Origin: an uncultured Thermoplasmata archaeon
Lineage (GTDB): Archaea; Thermoplasmatota; Thermoplasmata; Lutacidiplasmatales; UBA184
NCBI GenBank assembly: GCA_963749195.1
Contig: CAVVLX010000007.1
Location: forward strand, 278,861 to 342,860
Direction of reading: 5' to 3'
DNA: 64,000 nt
Part shown: positions 62,706 to 64,000 of the stretch, piece after piece
How positions within the stretch are numbered: the first letter of the stretch is position 1
How the letters are laid out: each line of letters opens with the position of its first letter
Translations under genes and position numbers: made by a program
The notes under the pieces: model-generated
Told to the model about the DNA's origin: nothing
Seen by the model: only the letters and a program-made list of their open reading frames with translations
The model's database searches: none

Positions 62706-63815
62706 ATGCGCTCCGAGGAGAGTACGCCCGCCTCGGTCGCCCGCGTGCTCGTGAACGACGCCCTGCACGTGAAGCGCGGCGAGGATGTGGTGATCGAGAC
62801 GTGGAACCATACCCTCGTTTGGGCGGCCGCGACCGTGGCGGAAACGCGCCGGGTCGGCGGGCACCCGCTTTTGCTCCTGGAAGATGAGAGCGCCTACTGG
62901 AAGAGCCTCGATCTCGCTCCGGCGATTGCGCGATGGGGCAAAATGGGCGCGCACGAATCAGCGGCCCTCCGGCGAGCGGACGCCTACCTGTACTTTCCCG
63001 GACCAGCCGATCGCCCGCGACTGCACGATCTCCCAGCCGCGCAACTCAGCCCGATTCTTCGGGCCGATGACGTGTGGACTTCCGCGCTCCGGCATGCCGG
63101 AGTGCGAGCGCTTCGCTGTATGCTCGGATACTCCTCGGACCAGCAGGCGGATCGATGGGGAGTTCCGGGAGCCATGTGGCGTAGCCAGCTGCTGCGGGGA
63201 ATCGCCGAGACCGATTATCGTCAAGTTCGTCGCGACGCCCAGCGCGTCGCGCAGCGCCTTCGGGCCGGACGCGAGGTCCGGATCACCGCATCGAACGGGA
63301 CCGATCTTACCCTTCGACTCAAGGGCCGCCCGCCGTGGATCGACGATGGAATCGTCGATCACACGGATCTGCGCGCGGGTCGCAACATCGCGACCGCTCC
63401 CCCGGGCGCCGTGGTTGTGGCGATTGACGAGCGATCCGCGCAGGGGACCGCCATCGCCAGCCGACCGAGCTATCTCAGCGAGGGTCGCGCCGACGGGGGT
63501 CAGTGGGAGGTCCAGGGCGGCCGCCTATTGCAGTACTGGTACACTGATGGCGCGAATGCCTTCGAAGCGGAATTCGGCCGCGCGCCGCGCGGGCGTGAGA
63601 TCGTCTCCCTCTTTTCTATCGGGGTGAATGCCCATCTCCCGGCCGGCGTCCCCCAAGCCGAGGACAACGAAGCGGGCGCGGTGACCCTCGCTCTTGGTGG
63701 TAATTCGCTCTACGGAGGGACCAACCGATGCGCCTTCCTTTCCTGGATCGTTATCGGAGAGGCGACGATCGCCGTCGATGGAAAAGCCCTTTGCGATCGC
63801 GGCAGCATCCTGTGA
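62706..63815 (+). CDS. Second M29 peptidase-like paralogue, metal ligands apparently lost
   Basis: LHVKRGEDVVIETW, ITASNGTDL, IGVN, LGGN..GGTN; similar to 52748-53857. Confidence 0.75.
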   Translation: MRSEESTPASVARVLVNDALHVKRGEDVVIETWNHTLVWAAATVAETRRVGGHPLLLLEDESAYWKSLDLAPAIARWGKMGAHESAALRRADAYLYFPGPADRPRLHDLPAAQLSPILRADDVWTSALRHAGVRALRCMLGYSSDQQADRWGVPGAMWRSQLLRGIAETDYRQVRRDAQRVAQRLRAGREVRITASNGTDLTLRLKGRPPWIDDGIVDHTDLRAGRNIATAPPGAVVVAIDERSAQGTAIASRPSYLSEGRADGGQWEVQGGRLLQYWYTDGANAFEAEFGRAPRGREIVSLFSIGVNAHLPAGVPQAEDNEAGAVTLALGGNSLYGGTNRCAFLSWIVIGEATIAVDGKALCDRGSIL

Positions 63816-63818
63816 TCC

Positions 63819-64000
63819 GTGGGGCGGCGACCTCTTCCCGTCAGTTTTTACAACCGTCCCACGGAGGTCGTGGCTCGAGCGCTCCTCGGTCAGGAGTTGA
63901 GCGTCCGCACTCGCCACCGGGAACGGATCGTTCGGATCGTCGAGACCGAAGCGTACCTCGCGGACGATCCTGCGAGCCATGCGTTCCGGGGTCGAACGCC
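63819..64000 (+). CDS. mpg: 3-methyladenine DNA glycosylase (AAG/MPG family), truncated by the window end
   Basis: Hand translation FYNRPTEVVARALLG...RIVETEAYLADDPASHAFRGRT. Confidence 0.9.
   Translation, partial: MGRRPLPVSFYNRPTEVVARALLGQELSVRTRHRERIVRIVETEAYLADDPASHAFRGRT

Overview
High-GC archaeal chromosome segment, most likely Thermoplasmata (inferred from PolD large subunit, PurP, A1Ao ATP synthase and archaeal tRNA/BHB features). The backbone carries ftsZ, polC (DP2), a tRNA-Arg(TCG) with a non-canonical T-loop intron, a xanthine dehydrogenase-family triad, purP, gcvT, nadC-nadA, polX, class II RNR, hutI, RNase Z, a DUF929-VKOR pair, an A-type ATP synthase split into two convergent halves (atpA has a LAGLIDADG intein), an iRadA-arCOG07300-PolB2 cluster and two apparently non-catalytic M29 peptidase-like paralogues. 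The most striking structure is 1625-12323: two cargo-carrying elements stacked in tandem at one 9-bp target (CCCTGACGG, three copies) just upstream of the ftsZ promoter. Element 1 encodes a SWIM-finger DDE (IS5/IS903-like) transposase, AbrB-like proteins and surface-protein cargo. Element 2 has no transposase and is bounded by two directly repeated 97-bp modules, each with its own inverted ends. Several genes have single-base frameshifts, mostly in G/C runs, probably long-read errors. All calls come from manual reading, without database searches.
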